DNA of 58,262 nucleotides from Omnitrophica bacterium GWA2_41_15 (GTDB lineage Bacteria > Omnitrophota > Gorgyraeia > Gygaellales > Profunditerraquicolaceae): positions 1 through 58,262 of the forward strand of contig CAKKQB010000013.1 of NCBI GenBank assembly GCA_919901915.1. The letters run 5' to 3'. Positions 17,905 to 27,613 of this stretch are shown piece after piece. The notes beneath the pieces are model-generated. The model saw only the letters and a list, made by a program, of their open reading frames with translations, searched no databases and was not told the DNA's origin. Each line of letters opens with the position of its first letter. Position 1 is the first letter of the stretch. A program made the position numbers and the translations under genes.

Positions 17905-18681
17905 TTACCTCCGCAAAATAATAAGCCAGAAAGACAACGCTAAAATAATACGGTAAATCCCAAAAGAAATAAAATTATTATTCTTTACAAAGAAAAGCAA
18001 AAATTTAATGCTTGCGATAGCCACCGCGAAAGAGGTTAGAAAACCGACGATAAGAAAGATAAACTGATCAGAAGAAAAACTGTGGGCATTCTTTATTAAA
18101 TCGAGGCTCGAAGCGGCTAACATCGTAGGGACAGCCAGCAAAAAAGAAAACTCAACAATCGTTTTCCTTTTAAGGCCAAGGCACAAGCCGCCAATAATTG
18201 TTGCCGCTGAACGGGAAATTCCGGGGATAATAGCTACAGACTGAAATAATCCCACGATAAAAGACTGCTTATAAGAAATTTTTTCTAACTGAAAAACCAC
18301 GTCAGGCTTTTCACGGTAAAATAATTCAAAAACTACCAGGAAAATCCCGCCGCCAAATAACGCCCATAATACAATCTTCTCGTTTCCCAGTAAAAAGTTT
18401 TTAACTGTCTTATAAAAAAGCAAGCCAATTACTGCTGTGGGAATAAAAGCCGCCAATACGCGCTTAATAATCTTAAAATCAACTAGTAATTCTTTCCAAT
18501 ACAAAAAAACAACGGACAAGATAGCGCCAAGCTGAATGGAGATTTCAAAACTTTTTAAAAAATCGGCCTGCAAAAGCCCAAGCAGTTTCGAAGTAAGCAC
18601 AAGGTGCCCCGTAGAAGACACAGGTAGAAACTCAGTCAGGCCCTCTATTATACCAAAAATAAAAGCATGCCATAAAGACAT
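17905..18681 (-). CDS. uppP: undecaprenyl-diphosphate phosphatase
   Basis: 258 aa, polytopic. BacA motifs EGLTEFLPVSSTGH and PGISRS. Confidence 0.95.
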   Translation of the reverse strand: MSLWHAFIFGIIEGLTEFLPVSSTGHLVLTSKLLGLLQADFLKSFEISIQLGAILSVVFLYWKELLVDFKIIKRVLAAFIPTAVIGLLFYKTVKNFLLGNEKIVLWALFGGGIFLVVFELFYREKPDVVFQLEKISYKQSFIVGLFQSVAIIPGISRSAATIIGGLCLGLKRKTIVEFSFLLAVPTMLAASSLDLIKNAHSFSSDQFIFLIVGFLTSFAVAIASIKFLLFFVKNNNFISFGIYRIILALSFWLIILRR

Positions 18682-18708
18682 TTTTTAACCCGTCCTCCTA
18701 AAACCGCC

Positions 18709-19539
18709 TCACTCTCCCTTTTTAATGCTCCTAAAAATGTTATAATATCCAGAAAGCTTTGCAGCAAAACAAAAAGGTTTATTTGTATCAGCGTTCGTTA
18801 TCTTAATGCGCTTTAGCTCATAAATATCCTGATTAAATTTTACTAATCCCTTGTTCGTGGAACAAGCGCTCATATATCCAGCTTTCGCGACAAGCCCTTT
18901 AATCGTATTATTAAAACCGCCCACGGGATAGCAAAAATGATTAACTTTGGTTCCAATATTGCGCTCTATAATATCCTTAGGCCCTTTAATTTCATCCCAC
19001 AAAACATCCTTATCTTCTACCGAAGGAAGATAGGCGTGGCTTTTTGTATGAGCGCCAAAAGAAACTCCATTATTCAACATAACCTTAATCTCATCCCAAT
19101 TCAAAAATTCTTTATCGCGTCCAATATAATTTGCCTCAAGAAATACTATTACAGGAACATGGTACTTCTTAAAAATCGGATAACCGAATAAATAATTATC
19201 CTGATAACCGTCATCAATAGTTATAACCACTGTATCGCGCTTAAATTTTTGAGAGCTTTTTATTCCAGCAACTAACTCATCCAAAGTTATAATATTATAA
19301 TTTTTCTCTTTGAGGTATTTAATCTGCTTTTCTAAATTTTCCGGGGTAACGTAAAGATTATCATCCTGATACCCAAAGTGATGATATGTAAGAATCGGGA
19401 CAGTATACTTGGAAGGGACAAGCGAAAAAATATAAAAAACGCCAAACAATACCGAAATGGCAAAAAATATTGCTAAAAAACTTTTTATTTTTTTAATCAT
19501 TTGGCGCATTTTTTTATACCTTCTCATCGCACATCGCAT
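18709..19539 (-). CDS. polysaccharide deacetylase family protein (NodB homology domain)
   Basis: 276 aa. N-terminal TM segment and TIDDGY motif. The true start may be a downstream Met, since MRQMIKK is also possible. Confidence 0.85.
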   Translation of the reverse strand: MRCAMRRYKKMRQMIKKIKSFLAIFFAISVLFGVFYIFSLVPSKYTVPILTYHHFGYQDDNLYVTPENLEKQIKYLKEKNYNIITLDELVAGIKSSQKFKRDTVVITIDDGYQDNYLFGYPIFKKYHVPVIVFLEANYIGRDKEFLNWDEIKVMLNNGVSFGAHTKSHAYLPSVEDKDVLWDEIKGPKDIIERNIGTKVNHFCYPVGGFNNTIKGLVAKAGYMSACSTNKGLVKFNQDIYELKRIKITNADTNKPFCFAAKLSGYYNIFRSIKKGE

Positions 19540-19613
19540 AAGTTAAACCGTCGCATTTTTGGGCGGGCAAGCCCGCCCCTACGCGACGTTTACGGGACGA
19601 TTAAAAGGATAAA

Positions 19614-19658
19614 ATATACGAAAACCCTTATTTGATATAAATAAGGGCTTTCGTATAT
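19614..19658 (-). terminator. long hairpin downstream of the por-ferredoxin operon
   Basis: atatacgaaaacccttat / ataagggctttcgtatat pair at 17 of 18 positions. On the minus strand the hairpin is followed by tttatcctttt. Confidence 0.55.
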
Positions 19659-19683
19659 CATTAAAAACAATGGTTTCCTCGCG

Positions 19684-19866
19684 CTAACTTATCTTAATCG
19701 CGCTGACTGGGCAGGTATCAACTACTTCTTGTAAATTATGCGTAGCGCAACTTTGCGCCTTTGTATAAGCAATTCCATCATCCCGCACCTCAAATACTTC
19801 AGGGCAAAATTGTTCACACAAACCACAACCCACACACGCGGAAACATCAACTGTCACTTTAGCCAT
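19684..19866 (-). CDS. small 4Fe-4S ferredoxin
   Basis: 60 aa. CVGCGLCEQFCP plus a distal C...CP. Confidence 0.85.
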   Translation of the reverse strand: MAKVTVDVSACVGCGLCEQFCPEVFEVRDDGIAYTKAQSCATHNLQEVVDTCPVSAIKIS

Positions 19867-19917
19867 TTTTAAAAACCTCCGTATAATATGCGAGGGACAG
19901 GCATGCCTGTCCCCTAC

Positions 19918-20799
19918 TTATTGACTTTCCATTTTGAGAGCGTATTTCTTTATATTATTATCCGCGATATCCTGAATCTTTTTTAACTCTTGCGGATTAT
20001 TCAATAAATGTTTGAATCTTCCCTGAATTTTTAAATATTCCTCTACCGGCTTAGGCGTAATCTTACGGCAAGAAAGAAAATTGCCATTTTCGTATTCTAT
20101 TAACGGATACAGCCCGGTTTCAACAGCTAACTTCGCCACAAGAAGCGTCTCATTTGCCTGATGACGCCAACCAAGCGGGCAAGGCACATGAATTTGGATA
20201 TATTTAGACCCTTTAATTGATATCGCCTTCTTTACCTTGCGCTGTAAATCCTGAATAAAAGCCACAGAGGCAGTCGCCACATAAGGTATACCGTGAGCTA
20301 CGGCAATTTCAGGAATATTCTTTTTCGAACGCAAATTTCCAGTAGACTTTGCTCCCACCGGCGTAGTTGTGGTATTTGTACCATAAGGAGTCGCGCCACT
20401 ACGCTGAATTCCGGTATTCTCATATGCTTCATTATCATAACAAATTGAAAGAATATCCTGGCCTCTCTCCCACATACCGGAAAGCGCCTGTAATCCGATA
20501 TCCGCTGTGCCGCCGTCGCCAGCTTGCGCGATAATATTTACGCCTTCCTTCTTACCCATATATATCAGCGCCGCTTCAATGCCAGAGGCAACTGCCGGGG
20601 CATTTTCAAATAAAGAATGTATCCAAGGGACATTCCATGCTGACTCAGGATAGCGCGTAGTAAACACCTCAAGACAACCGGTATTATTCGCTATAATAGT
20701 ATTAGGACCGGCTGTTTCAATAACTATACGCGCGGCAATTGCCTGGCCGCAACCTGCGCAGGCAGTATGCCCAGGTTTAAACAAAAGCCTATCATTCAT
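19918..20799 (-). CDS. porB: 2-oxoacid (pyruvate):ferredoxin oxidoreductase beta subunit (TPP-binding)
   Basis: 293 aa. GDGG TPP motif and N-terminal CAGCG. Substrate specificity was not determined. Confidence 0.85.
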   Translation of the reverse strand: MNDRLLFKPGHTACAGCGQAIAARIVIETAGPNTIIANNTGCLEVFTTRYPESAWNVPWIHSLFENAPAVASGIEAALIYMGKKEGVNIIAQAGDGGTADIGLQALSGMWERGQDILSICYDNEAYENTGIQRSGATPYGTNTTTTPVGAKSTGNLRSKKNIPEIAVAHGIPYVATASVAFIQDLQRKVKKAISIKGSKYIQIHVPCPLGWRHQANETLLVAKLAVETGLYPLIEYENGNFLSCRKITPKPVEEYLKIQGRFKHLLNNPQELKKIQDIADNNIKKYALKMESQ

Positions 20800-21976
20800 A
20801 TTGCTCCTTAAGCAGTTCCGGCTTTAAATCAATAAATTCTTGGACTAATTCTTTCGCGTTAAGTTTTCTAAAAATCTCTCTTATGGATTCAAGCGTAATA
20901 TCTCGTCCGCCTAGGCCTGCCACAAAACTGCTGATTACTTTGGGTAATTTCTTTTTATTAGAAAATACCGATTTTATCTCAGAGGCCAAAGGCGCGTAAG
21001 CGCCCAATGATACCGATTTATCCAAAATCGCGACTTTAGAGACATTTTTTAACGCCTCGTAAATTCTGGCATAAGGAAATGGCCGATAAGATATGATTCT
21101 TAACAAACCTACTTTTTTCCCTTTTGCCCTTAACTCATCCACCACTTCCTTAATTGTGCCGCAAACTGAACCCATAGCCACGATTACTTTTTCCGCGTCC
21201 TTTGTAAAATATTCCTCAACTAAAAGATCCTTGTAATCACGGCCAAAAATATCAGAAAACTCTTGAGAAACTTTGGGAAGAAGCTCTAAAACATCCTTAA
21301 ATGTCGCGTGAATAGCGTAGCGGGCCTCCATATAATAATCAGGATCTGCTAAAATACCCATAGTCAATGGTTCAGACGGATCAAGTTTATACAAAGCCTT
21401 ATACGCGGGCAAAAATTTATCAACCTGCGCCTGTTTAGGCATATCCACTGATTCTATGCCATGCGTTAAAATAAAACCGTCCATGCAAATCATCACCGGA
21501 AGCATTATAGACTTGTCTTCGCTAACGCGATAGCCTATAAGATGAAAATCGGCTGACTCCTGAACATTTTCCGCGTACAACTGAATCCAACCCGCGTCAC
21601 GCAAGGATATGGAATCCTGCTGGTCATTCCAGATATTTATAGGCGCGGATATCGCGCGGTTCGCGCAAGTCATAACCAAAGGAAGCCTGACGCCGGCGAT
21701 ATTAAAAATAACCTCGCCCATATAAAAAAGACCTTGAGAACTAGTAGCGGTAAAAGTACGCACGCCCGTGGCAGAAGCGCCCAAAACCACTGACGCGGCG
21801 GAATGCTCACTTTCCACATTAATAAACTGTGAGCTCAATTCGCCATTTGCCACCATCTGGGCAAGTTCTTCCACAATATGCGTCTGGGGCGTTATCGGAT
21901 AAGCAGAAATAACCCCCGGCTTACATAATTTTATTATTTCCGCGACAGCACGTGAACCTTCTAAAAACTCCTTCAC
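20792..21976 (-). CDS. porA: 2-oxoacid (pyruvate):ferredoxin oxidoreductase alpha subunit
   Basis: 394 aa. POR_N/transketolase-like features. Overlaps both neighbouring genes. Confidence 0.85.
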   Translation of the reverse strand: MKEFLEGSRAVAEIIKLCKPGVISAYPITPQTHIVEELAQMVANGELSSQFINVESEHSAASVVLGASATGVRTFTATSSQGLFYMGEVIFNIAGVRLPLVMTCANRAISAPINIWNDQQDSISLRDAGWIQLYAENVQESADFHLIGYRVSEDKSIMLPVMICMDGFILTHGIESVDMPKQAQVDKFLPAYKALYKLDPSEPLTMGILADPDYYMEARYAIHATFKDVLELLPKVSQEFSDIFGRDYKDLLVEEYFTKDAEKVIVAMGSVCGTIKEVVDELRAKGKKVGLLRIISYRPFPYARIYEALKNVSKVAILDKSVSLGAYAPLASEIKSVFSNKKKLPKVISSFVAGLGGRDITLESIREIFRKLNAKELVQEFIDLKPELLKEQYE

Positions 21977-22257
21977 TTCGCCATTCCTTTCTTATCTTCT
22001 AAAGACTCTTCCTCTACCATTTCAATATCGGCCTTGGGACAAACAACAGCGCAAAGCCCGCAACCCTTACAAAAATTATAATCTGTACTGAAAGCATTCT
22101 TTTCCTTGCCGATAATGCAATTCTCAGGACAAACCAAAAGACACATCTTGCAGGCAATACAATTCTTTTGCAGGTATTTTGGCCTTACCTTAATCCGCCA
22201 ACTACCGGTTTTATCACCTTTACTTTTTTCTGGTTTTACAATTAACGGTCCAAACAT
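21973..22257 (-). CDS. porD: 2-oxoacid:ferredoxin oxidoreductase delta subunit (2x4Fe-4S)
   Basis: 94 aa. CIACKMCLLVCP and CKGCGLCAVVCP. Confidence 0.85.
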   Translation of the reverse strand: MFGPLIVKPEKSKGDKTGSWRIKVRPKYLQKNCIACKMCLLVCPENCIIGKEKNAFSTDYNFCKGCGLCAVVCPKADIEMVEEESLEDKKGMAK

Positions 22258-22284
22258 TTCCTCGCTCCTACGTCGCTCGGAGAT

Positions 22285-22343
22285 AACAGAGTACAGAGTA
22301 CAGAGAACAGATTTTCTCTATACTCTGTTCTCTGTTCTCTGTT
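22285..22343. repeat. heptamer-word hairpin (cagagta/cagagaa words)
   Basis: aacagagtacagagtacagagaacag, then a loop, then ctatactctgttctctgttctctgtt. The right arm encodes the last residues of PorG. Confidence 0.7.
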
Positions 22344-22875
22344 GAATATACTCAAACCCTTGCTTAATTGCTTCTATATTACCTTCTTGAATCTTCCCGC
22401 TAAATTTAAATTTCACTACTTCAATAAGGGTATTCAATTTTAATTCACCGGTTGCCGCGGCAAACGCGCCAATCAAAGCAGTGTTTCCCAAAGGCCTGCC
22501 TATTGTCTTTAAGGCAATATCATTGGCGGGAACAACAAATACTTTCTGTCCCGGCTTTAAACGTGGCACCTCTAAATCTTCTTTACCGCTCACAACAGCA
22601 ATACCATTATCTAAAAGCCCGGAAAAACAGTTATATCCGCGCATAAGAGTCGCGTCTACAATAATAACATAATTCGGATTATAAATTTGACTGCGCAGGC
22701 GCACTGGCTTTGTATCTACGCGCACAAAGGCATTCATCGGCGCGCCCATTCTGGCCGCGCCAAAATGCGGAAAAGCATAAGGATACTTGCCTTCGGCAAA
22801 ATATGCGTATCCTAATAAACTGGCTGTAGTAATCGCGCCCTGGCCCGCGCGGGCATGAATACGTATCTCTTTCAT
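22318..22875 (-). CDS. porG: 2-oxoacid:ferredoxin oxidoreductase gamma subunit
   Basis: 185 aa. POR gamma family N-terminus (IRIHARAGQG). Gamma-delta-alpha-beta gene order. Confidence 0.85.
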   Translation of the reverse strand: MKEIRIHARAGQGAITTASLLGYAYFAEGKYPYAFPHFGAARMGAPMNAFVRVDTKPVRLRSQIYNPNYVIIVDATLMRGYNCFSGLLDNGIAVVSGKEDLEVPRLKPGQKVFVVPANDIALKTIGRPLGNTALIGAFAAATGELKLNTLIEVVKFKFSGKIQEGNIEAIKQGFEYIQQRTENRV

Positions 22876-22924
22876 CTTACTCCTCTACTTACGCGTAACT
22901 TAATATTATACAAAAAGATGTAGT

Positions 22925-22953
22925 ATTTTACAACTTTCAAATCAACTTGTCAA
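22925..22953 (-). promoter_or_regulatory. sigma70-like promoter of the por operon
   Basis: Minus strand reads TTGACA-17 nt-TAAAAT. An extended -10, TGTATAAT, also occurs at 22905-22912. The ATG is at 22875. Confidence 0.5.
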
Positions 22954-22992
22954 ATGATTTTTGATTTTTGCCACAATATTTCTCAATACTTC

Positions 22993-23169
22993 TTACTTCA
23001 ATACAAACGGAACATACGCAGAAAACGCCTTCTTTTGTTTCCTAACCTCCTCTATATTCACAGTATACCTAAGATTAAAAGAGACAAACTCCAGATAATC
23101 ATCCATTGATAACGGCCTATGTTTTGGCAAGGGCTGCTTGATTACGGGAAAATTAAGATTATCATCCAT
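22993..23169 (-). CDS. small hypothetical protein (58 aa) tightly coupled downstream of the nucleotidyltransferase
   Basis: An ATG at 23169 lies 4 nt after the upstream stop codon. The ORF-track start at 23217 would overlap that gene by 44 nt. No family recognised. Confidence 0.4.
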   Translation of the reverse strand: MDDNLNFPVIKQPLPKHRPLSMDDYLEFVSFNLRYTVNIEEVRKQKKAFSAYVPFVLK

Positions 23170-23173
23170 ATAG

Positions 23174-23713
23174 TTAAATAATTGCCAGGACCTTCCGATA
23201 TATTTCTTCCGTGGCATATTTTAAACAAAGATCTTTAAAACTTTTGCCATTTATATCTAGCTGTCCAATCTCTACAAGACTTACAATATCCCCTATGTCT
23301 TTATTCCAGCGAAGATCAGAATTTTGCTTCATCGAATGAAGCTTAAGCGCGATCAAATGCTCCAAAGAAGGAACGATAAACTCACAACCAGCGATATCGG
23401 TTCTCTGCCCAGCCTGAAACATTTTATCAAATGTCGCCTCATCAACAAACATAAAATCAATATCCATCATCAGTAAGCCCTCATCAGAGATAAGGCGGGC
23501 AAATACTTCGTTATTGTAATCTAATTTGTATCCTGATTCTTTCAAAATCGGCAATATTTCTTGGAAATCCCGCTCTTTGATAAGAAAATCCGCATCCGCG
23601 CTTTGACGGCTATATTTATAATAACTAACCGCAAAACCTCCGATTAAAATACCGGAAACATTTTTTTTATTAAAGGCGCTTGAAATAAGATGAAAAACCG
23701 TGGGATATTTCAT
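23174..23713 (-). CDS. minimal nucleotidyltransferase-fold protein (uncharacterised family)
   Basis: 179 aa. GGFAVSYYKYSRQSADADF fits the G[GS]-x(9-13)-DxD polymerase-beta-like nucleotidyltransferase motif. Confidence 0.55.
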   Translation of the reverse strand: MKYPTVFHLISSAFNKKNVSGILIGGFAVSYYKYSRQSADADFLIKERDFQEILPILKESGYKLDYNNEVFARLISDEGLLMMDIDFMFVDEATFDKMFQAGQRTDIAGCEFIVPSLEHLIALKLHSMKQNSDLRWNKDIGDIVSLVEIGQLDINGKSFKDLCLKYATEEIYRKVLAII

Positions 23714-23843
23714 TTAACTCGCTCGTTGCCATCTACTGTTAAAGATTAGCCGCTCACTGACCGATTACCACAAAACATTATATCTATTAAATACCCCGTT
23801 AGCAATACAAATTTTTCGGTTTGTTCTGAATCATCGCGTTTTT

Positions 23844-23920
23844 GGGCGGGCAAGCCCGCCCCTACGCGGTCGTTACATAGTCCCTGTAAATCATCGCGTA
23901 GGGGCGAGCTTGCTCGCCCT
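23844..23920. repeat. paired GC hairpin module
   Basis: gggcgggcaagcccgcccctacgcggtcgttacatagtccctgtaaatcatcgcgtaggggcgagcttgctcgccc is nearly identical to 29231-29298. Confidence 0.7.
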
Positions 23921-24011
23921 GCCCTTTTTTATATCGATTACCTCCTGCATTAATTAGTTTGTCGGTTCTTTTATAATTTACCTCATTTTTTTTATTTTTA
24001 AAAATTGGCCG

Positions 24012-24479
24012 CTAAAAGTTAACCTCATCACCTAATTTTATCTGATATTTATCCACAAAACCCGCGTTAACCTCTAAAACATATCTGGCCTTAACTAACG
24101 GAATTAAACTCTCGCAAGAGTCCCTGCAAACAGGGACATTCTTTCTTATATCAACTATCTTTTTATCTTTATCAATCCAGATTATATCCAAGGGGAAATT
24201 CATATTCTTCATCCAAAAACTATACTTACCCTCTTCCTTAAATAAAAAGAGCATGCCTGAATTACCAAGCAGCTCTTTTCTAAACATTAACCCCAGGGCG
24301 TGTTTCTGGGGAGTATCGGCAAGCTCAACCTGAATAGAAAGGTTTTTATTACTAAAAGCAACCTTCTTGATACGCGCGGTTTTATTATCTGACCTTAATG
24401 GCGTTAAGAAAAAAATAAATAATACCGCCGCAAAAAAAACAAGAACAAGAAAAACCCTAAATTTTAAGCCTATATTCAT
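24012..24479 (-). CDS. DUF192 domain protein
   Basis: 155 aa. N-terminal TM/signal segment, GLMFR... and PLDIIWID pattern typical of DUF192 (COG1430). Confidence 0.75.
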   Translation of the reverse strand: MNIGLKFRVFLVLVFFAAVLFIFFLTPLRSDNKTARIKKVAFSNKNLSIQVELADTPQKHALGLMFRKELLGNSGMLFLFKEEGKYSFWMKNMNFPLDIIWIDKDKKIVDIRKNVPVCRDSCESLIPLVKARYVLEVNAGFVDKYQIKLGDEVNF

Positions 24480-24550
24480 TTTTTAAAATTATTTACACTA
24501 TCTCAAAATCTGGTATACTATATTTTAAAATTGACCGTAGGGAGTCGATT

Positions 24551-24625
24551 GTCATCCCGACTGACCGAAAGGGGTCGAAGGATTTAAAATTAAAAGATAG
24601 ATTCCTCACTTCGTTCGGAATGACA
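24551..24625. repeat. short family B-type palindromic element
   Basis: gtcatcccgac...cgttcggaatgaca. The 3-prime half, agattcctcacttcgttcggaatgaca, also occurs at 36887-36913. Confidence 0.6.
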
Positions 24626-24648
24626 GAATACGCTCTACGCCATAGGAA

Positions 24649-26136
24649 ATGTTTATGAAAATATTTTGTGGAAAACTTTTCGCGATAATCATTCTTTTGT
24701 CCTCTACCTCCTATATATATGCCCAACCTAATGAAAACGAGATTAGAAAGGCAGTAGTAAAAATCATTACTGTATCCCAAGAACCGGATTTCTATACGCC
24801 TTGGCAGATGAGGCCGCAGACAGGATCCGGCGGTTCAGGCTGTATCATTAACAATCAACGTATCCTAACCAATGCCCACGCGGTAAGCGACCAAACATTT
24901 ATCCAAGTACAGAGATCTGATCGTCCTAAAAAATTTACCGCGCGGCTCTTAACAGTTGGCCATGAATGTGACCTGGCTATACTTACCGTAGATGATAAAT
25001 CATTCTTCGAAGGAATACAACCCCTTGCCCTGGGCCCCCTGCCCTTTCTTAGGGATAAGGTAGCTGCTTATGGTTTTCCTATAGGAGGCGATAAGATTTC
25101 TATTACCGAAGGAATTATCTCCCGAATTGAACTGCAGAGATATTCTCATAGCGGTCAAGATCTTCTCGCTATTCAAATTGACGCGGCTATAAATCCGGGA
25201 AACAGCGGAGGCCCGGTCATTCAAAACGGAAAACTTACCGGCATAGCCTTTCAAGGATGGGCGGCAAAAGAAGCAGATAATATCGGATACATAATTCCCA
25301 CCCCCATTATCGAACATTTTCTAAAAGATGTTGAGGATAAAAAATATGACGGTTTTCCTTCTCTCGGTGTAAAAACGCAAAAACTAGAAAGTGAAACACT
25401 GCGTAATTTTTACCAAGTAAACCCAAGCCAGACCGGAACATTGATCAATCGGATTATCTATAAAAGTTCCGCGTGGAATAAATTAGAAGAAGGCGACATT
25501 ATTCTCTCTATTGATAATTATCCGATTGCTAATGACGAAACAATAGAATTCCGCAAAGGAGAAAGACTTAACTTTAACTATCTTATTCAAAAACATTTCT
25601 TAAAAGAAGATACTTCTATGAAAATTTTAAGAAATGGAAAAGCGCTGTCTCTGTCCTTGCCTCTTATGGGAAAAGTTTCACTCGTCCAGGGGCCTACCTA
25701 TGAAAAACGCCCTACCTACTATATACTTGACGGCCTTCTCCTCATCCCCTTAACTCAAAATTATCTTTACGTCTGGGGTGATAATTGGTTTAAAGATGCC
25801 CCTTTACCGCTTGTCAATTATCTTTACCAAAATTTTCCTTCAAAAGAAAGAGAAGAAATTGTTGCGCTTCAGATGGTACTGGCCCACGACATTAACATTG
25901 GTTATCACGAAATCAATAATTCTATAATTCGCCGCGTTAACGGCCAAGACATATCAACTTTAGCTTCGGCGATAAAGGCCTTCAATAAAAACAAAAGCGC
26001 CTTTCACATAATTGAAACCGAAAGTAAAGAAAGGATCGTTCTAGATACTCAAAAATCAAAAAAGGCAACCGCGGAAATCTTGGAGCGTTACCATATACCC
26101 CGCGATCGCTCAGAGGACTTACCTATTTCCTTTTAA
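24649..26136 (+). CDS. secreted trypsin-like serine protease, S1C (DegP/HtrA-like) with PDZ-like C-terminal region
   Basis: 495 aa. Signal peptide, catalytic His (TNAHAV), Asp (CDLAIL) and Ser (GNSGGP). Confidence 0.85.
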   Translation: MFMKIFCGKLFAIIILLSSTSYIYAQPNENEIRKAVVKIITVSQEPDFYTPWQMRPQTGSGGSGCIINNQRILTNAHAVSDQTFIQVQRSDRPKKFTARLLTVGHECDLAILTVDDKSFFEGIQPLALGPLPFLRDKVAAYGFPIGGDKISITEGIISRIELQRYSHSGQDLLAIQIDAAINPGNSGGPVIQNGKLTGIAFQGWAAKEADNIGYIIPTPIIEHFLKDVEDKKYDGFPSLGVKTQKLESETLRNFYQVNPSQTGTLINRIIYKSSAWNKLEEGDIILSIDNYPIANDETIEFRKGERLNFNYLIQKHFLKEDTSMKILRNGKALSLSLPLMGKVSLVQGPTYEKRPTYYILDGLLLIPLTQNYLYVWGDNWFKDAPLPLVNYLYQNFPSKEREEIVALQMVLAHDINIGYHEINNSIIRRVNGQDISTLASAIKAFNKNKSAFHIIETESKERIVLDTQKSKKATAEILERYHIPRDRSEDLPISF

Positions 26137-26153
26137 TCTCTGTAATCTCACTT

Positions 26154-27221
26154 TTAATCATTGGAATCAGATATCCCGCTTCTTCTCCTTGCGGGATATC
26201 TCAACAATAAAGATATTTCTGAAAGAAGCTTTAATATTTTTTCCGATTTTTCCGGATCCAGGCTCCCTAATCCGCAGGCAGGACTTATAAACAACTGCTC
26301 TGATAATTTAACTTTATCTACCCCTTTTTTAACCAAAATATCTATACAAAAACTGATTTTTTTCAGTAAAATTTCCGCGGTTTCATTCCCGGTAAATTCT
26401 TGAGTAGGAACTATACCCCAACAGATTATCCCGCCTCTATTTAAAAACGTTTTTAAATTATCCACGTAAAGTATAAATTTATCAAAAAAATTGAAAGCAT
26501 CAAAATTAATAATGTCGACCGCGCCAATATCAATAAGCATCGACCAGTCAGTGTTACCGCAGCAATGCACACCTATTAAAACGCCTTTAGGCTTTATGCC
26601 TTCCGCCAACTCTGTTAAACCCTTTACTACATTTTCTCTATTTATGGGCGCGTAAGCTGAACCAAAAGAACTCAAATACGGCTCATCAATAAATAAAATA
26701 ATTTTTTTATTAAATTCTTTAAATAGCTCAACCTGCCAAAGCGCCTTCATCTTAAGGGTATTTATTATCGCCTGCATAAAAACAGGGTCGTGTAAAAGCG
26801 CCCTGCCTGATTCATTATTTATGCTTGCGCCAAAAGTAAATGGCCCGGTTATCTGGCACTTGATAAATTCTATAGATTTTAAATCTACCTTTTTTAACCT
26901 TTGATAAAACGCGTAAAGCCCGCGGGAAAAATCTGGAGAAATTTTAAAATAATCAATATCTTCTTCTATGATCTTTTCATAAAACACCTCTAGTTCATTT
27001 TCTTTTTGTTCTGGGTTAAATAAAACTCCCTGTTCAGTTACTTTAACGCAAGGCAGGCCTTCACTAAATTGCTCAACCATACCTTCACGCGTATCGCGTT
27101 TGGGTAATTGCGGCCAAAAAGGAACATTAGGCACGTATTTAAATATTAAATCTAACGCCTCTTCCGCGTCTTTGTGCGGCAGGCTTCCTATACCTATGGC
27201 TAGACCTTTTAATTCTATCAT
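26154..27221 (-). CDS. cobalamin-independent methionine synthase-like / URO-D superfamily protein
   Basis: About 355 aa from the ATG at 27221 (MIELKGLAIGIGSLPH). The upstream 17 codons translate a repeat hairpin. The family assignment is tentative. Confidence 0.55.
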   Translation of the reverse strand: MIELKGLAIGIGSLPHKDAEEALDLIFKYVPNVPFWPQLPKRDTREGMVEQFSEGLPCVKVTEQGVLFNPEQKENELEVFYEKIIEEDIDYFKISPDFSRGLYAFYQRLKKVDLKSIEFIKCQITGPFTFGASINNESGRALLHDPVFMQAIINTLKMKALWQVELFKEFNKKIILFIDEPYLSSFGSAYAPINRENVVKGLTELAEGIKPKGVLIGVHCCGNTDWSMLIDIGAVDIINFDAFNFFDKFILYVDNLKTFLNRGGIICWGIVPTQEFTGNETAEILLKKISFCIDILVKKGVDKVKLSEQLFISPACGLGSLDPEKSEKILKLLSEISLLLRYPARRRSGISDSND

Positions 27222-27239
27222 CTTAAAAATATCCGCATC

Positions 27240-27279
27240 AAAAGTGACAGTCACAAAAGGCGTGACAGTCACTTTTTTT
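27240..27279. terminator. hairpin aaaagtgacagtcac-aaaaggc-gtgacagtcacttttttt, copy A
   Basis: 15-bp stem with one central mismatch, 7-nt loop and a T run. Identical to copy B at 27614-27654. Confidence 0.6.
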
Positions 27280-27292
27280 CGGACTTAAGGGT

Positions 27293-27592
27293 TTAACCCA
27301 TTAACCCGGGTAAATCTAAACCAGTCACGCCTTTCATCTTTTGGGCCGCTATATCCTGCGAACGTTTTACCGCCCTATTATAAACATCCTTAAGAGTCTT
27401 TTCCAGATTAGTTTTATCAATATCTTTTAAATCTTTACAAACGGTTACTGACTTTATTTCTTGAGATCCGCTCATCGTTATTTTAACAAGGCCCTCAGAA
27501 CTGGCAATCTCAAAAGTTGTATTATCCAACTCCTTCTTTAACTCCTGCATCTTTTTTTGCATATCCCAAAGCGCCTTCATCTTATCAAACAT
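27293..27592 (-). CDS. ybaB: YbaB/EbfC family nucleoid-associated protein
   Basis: 99 aa. Typical MQ..MQ.L..EL N-terminus and a ...GL.LPG C-terminus. Confidence 0.9.
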   Translation of the reverse strand: MFDKMKALWDMQKKMQELKKELDNTTFEIASSEGLVKITMSGSQEIKSVTVCKDLKDIDKTNLEKTLKDVYNRAVKRSQDIAAQKMKGVTGLDLPGLMG

Positions 27593-27613
27593 AACTCCTC
27601 CTCTTGGTAAACC

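Noticed and set aside
19614-19658. Back-to-back MITE termini (atacgaaaaccc / gggctttcgtat)
   Set aside because: The ends face outward rather than bounding an element. The sequence is better explained as a simple long terminator hairpin after the ferredoxin gene.
27222-27272. MTVTPFVTVTFDADIFK N-terminal extension of the MetE-like ORF, with similar extensions of cutA (29149-29319), ptsH (50643-50705), yvcK (51943-51978) and ilvN (38772-38795)
   Set aside because: The extensions translate hairpin or MITE sequence. Internal ATGs coincide with the conserved protein N-termini, and with an RBS where one is visible.
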